Shown piece after piece: positions 62,793 through 64,000 of a stretch of DNA of 64,000 bases. Source of the DNA: Felis catus (taxonomy: Eukaryota); contig NC_058368.1 in NCBI RefSeq assembly GCF_018350175.1, forward strand, positions 54,686,001 through 54,750,000, read 5' to 3'. The translations under genes and the position numbers were made by a program. Under the pieces are notes generated by a model. The model was given only the letters and a program-made list of their open reading frames with translations. It was not told the origin of the DNA and did no database searches. Within the stretch, counting starts at the first letter, position 1; each line of letters begins with the position of its first letter.

Positions 62793-64000
62793 TAAAATTT
62801 TGTGCATAATTGTTCCATTGAGGCAGTACTTTCCAAATTATTGCACAGGCCCCAGGGAGGACAAAGGAGTTCCAATAGTAACATTGGGTTTTCTAGCACA
62901 CATGCAAGATTATAGCTCAAAGTGAAGTTTATTAGATTAAATTAAAAAATTAGAATTTGGTATTTATTTTGTCCCCCAGTTTACAGATTAAGATTCATGC
63001 CCTTAAGACTCAAAAGAGGCAGTGAATTGGTTGGTCATACATCCCAGGTATCATGGTTAGCAGTCATTCTTTCTTTGTCTCCTCCCCACAGGCTATCCTT
63101 TGAAGAGTTTCAACTAACTTGTTTGTTTGCTATAAGGCTCTGAAAACGTGGAATCTTTCCAGACGGCTCTTTTAAGCACCAAGTACTTCTTTCTCCCTTA
63201 AAATATGTATTTACTTTTACTCTTTCGTTTTCTATTACCTTTTTATGTCGCTAGGTCATATAAGTCTATTGCTATAGTTTTAAATTAAACCTTGATTAGT
63301 TAAGAACATTTTTTATCCTCCATATCCCTTGTTACTAGCCCTTAAAAATAAATCTAAAGCCATCTGAGTTTTCTCCCATATTTATCATTCCTCTTTATCA
63401 GTTATTTAATTCTACCAGCCTCTTATTTTCACACAAGTATAACAACTTCTTATAGCATACAAAGCCATCTGGCTAATGTGGACACAGAGAGTACTTTCTA
63501 TCTACCAGCATTTGCAAGATTTCTTTCAAAATAACATACCAAACTATTTTTAGTTAGTTCATCTTATTTTAATATGTTTTTTTTGGAATTAGGCAGATTT
63601 TTTAAAGGCATAATATATAATTATCTCCGAAATTTATACAAGTATTCAATATTCAAAATTTGATACCAAAAGAAACAAAAAAGAACGTGTCTTTTTCTGA
63701 GATTGAAAATTTGGAGTTTATGCAATTTTACATTTGCAGCATGTGAACGGAAACAATACAATGCCAAAGTCCTGACAGTTCTATTTCTTAGCAATTTTAA
63801 TTCTTATTAAAATTATAAAAGTATTATTTTGAAATTTCTTATGGGTTTGGTTAATATGAATCCATCCATGTTGAATATACATTTTTTTTGGATGTTAAAT
63901 ATATTTTTAAGTTGTTGCAAACTCCAGCTGTGAGAATAAAGGCAAGTATCTGGAACTGTACAATTTTATAAATGTCATCATTGGGAAAAATTAAAACTAG

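Noticed and set aside
1..64000. A novel multi-gene, defence or CRISPR-like system
   Set aside because: No long ORFs, operon structure or regularly spaced repeat-spacer array; the recurring ~200-bp repeats are dispersed Can-SINEs with TSDs.

Overview
AT-rich, CpG-poor mammalian DNA, almost certainly from a cat-family (feliform carnivore) genome: it holds 22 tRNA-derived Can-SINEs, two of them very young Felidae-type (SINEC_Fc-like) copies. I see no intact protein-coding gene, CpG island, RNA gene, CRISPR array or prokaryotic system, so the window reads as intergenic or deep intronic. The only recognisable gene-derived sequence is a near full-length processed RPL7 pseudogene (minus strand, ~34263-35105) with poly(A) remnant, 15-bp TSD, frameshifts and stops. 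The rest is layered transposon debris (L1, L2, MIR, ERVL internal fragments, MaLR/ERVL/ERV1 LTRs, hAT MER elements), microsatellites and a few unique stretches that may be regulatory. I did not find a new biological system. The best observations are mechanistic: a ~160-bp apparent locally templated insertion copied from a neighbouring L1, a GTGAG-starting 9-nt insert at a probable exon junction of the RPL7 retrocopy, a probable short L1 3' transduction, a tail-only insertion, a 79-bp tandem duplication, nested insertions, and candidate CTCF/REST/enhancer motifs. Repeat family names come from recalled consensus sequences, not from a search, and boundaries of old repeats are approximate.
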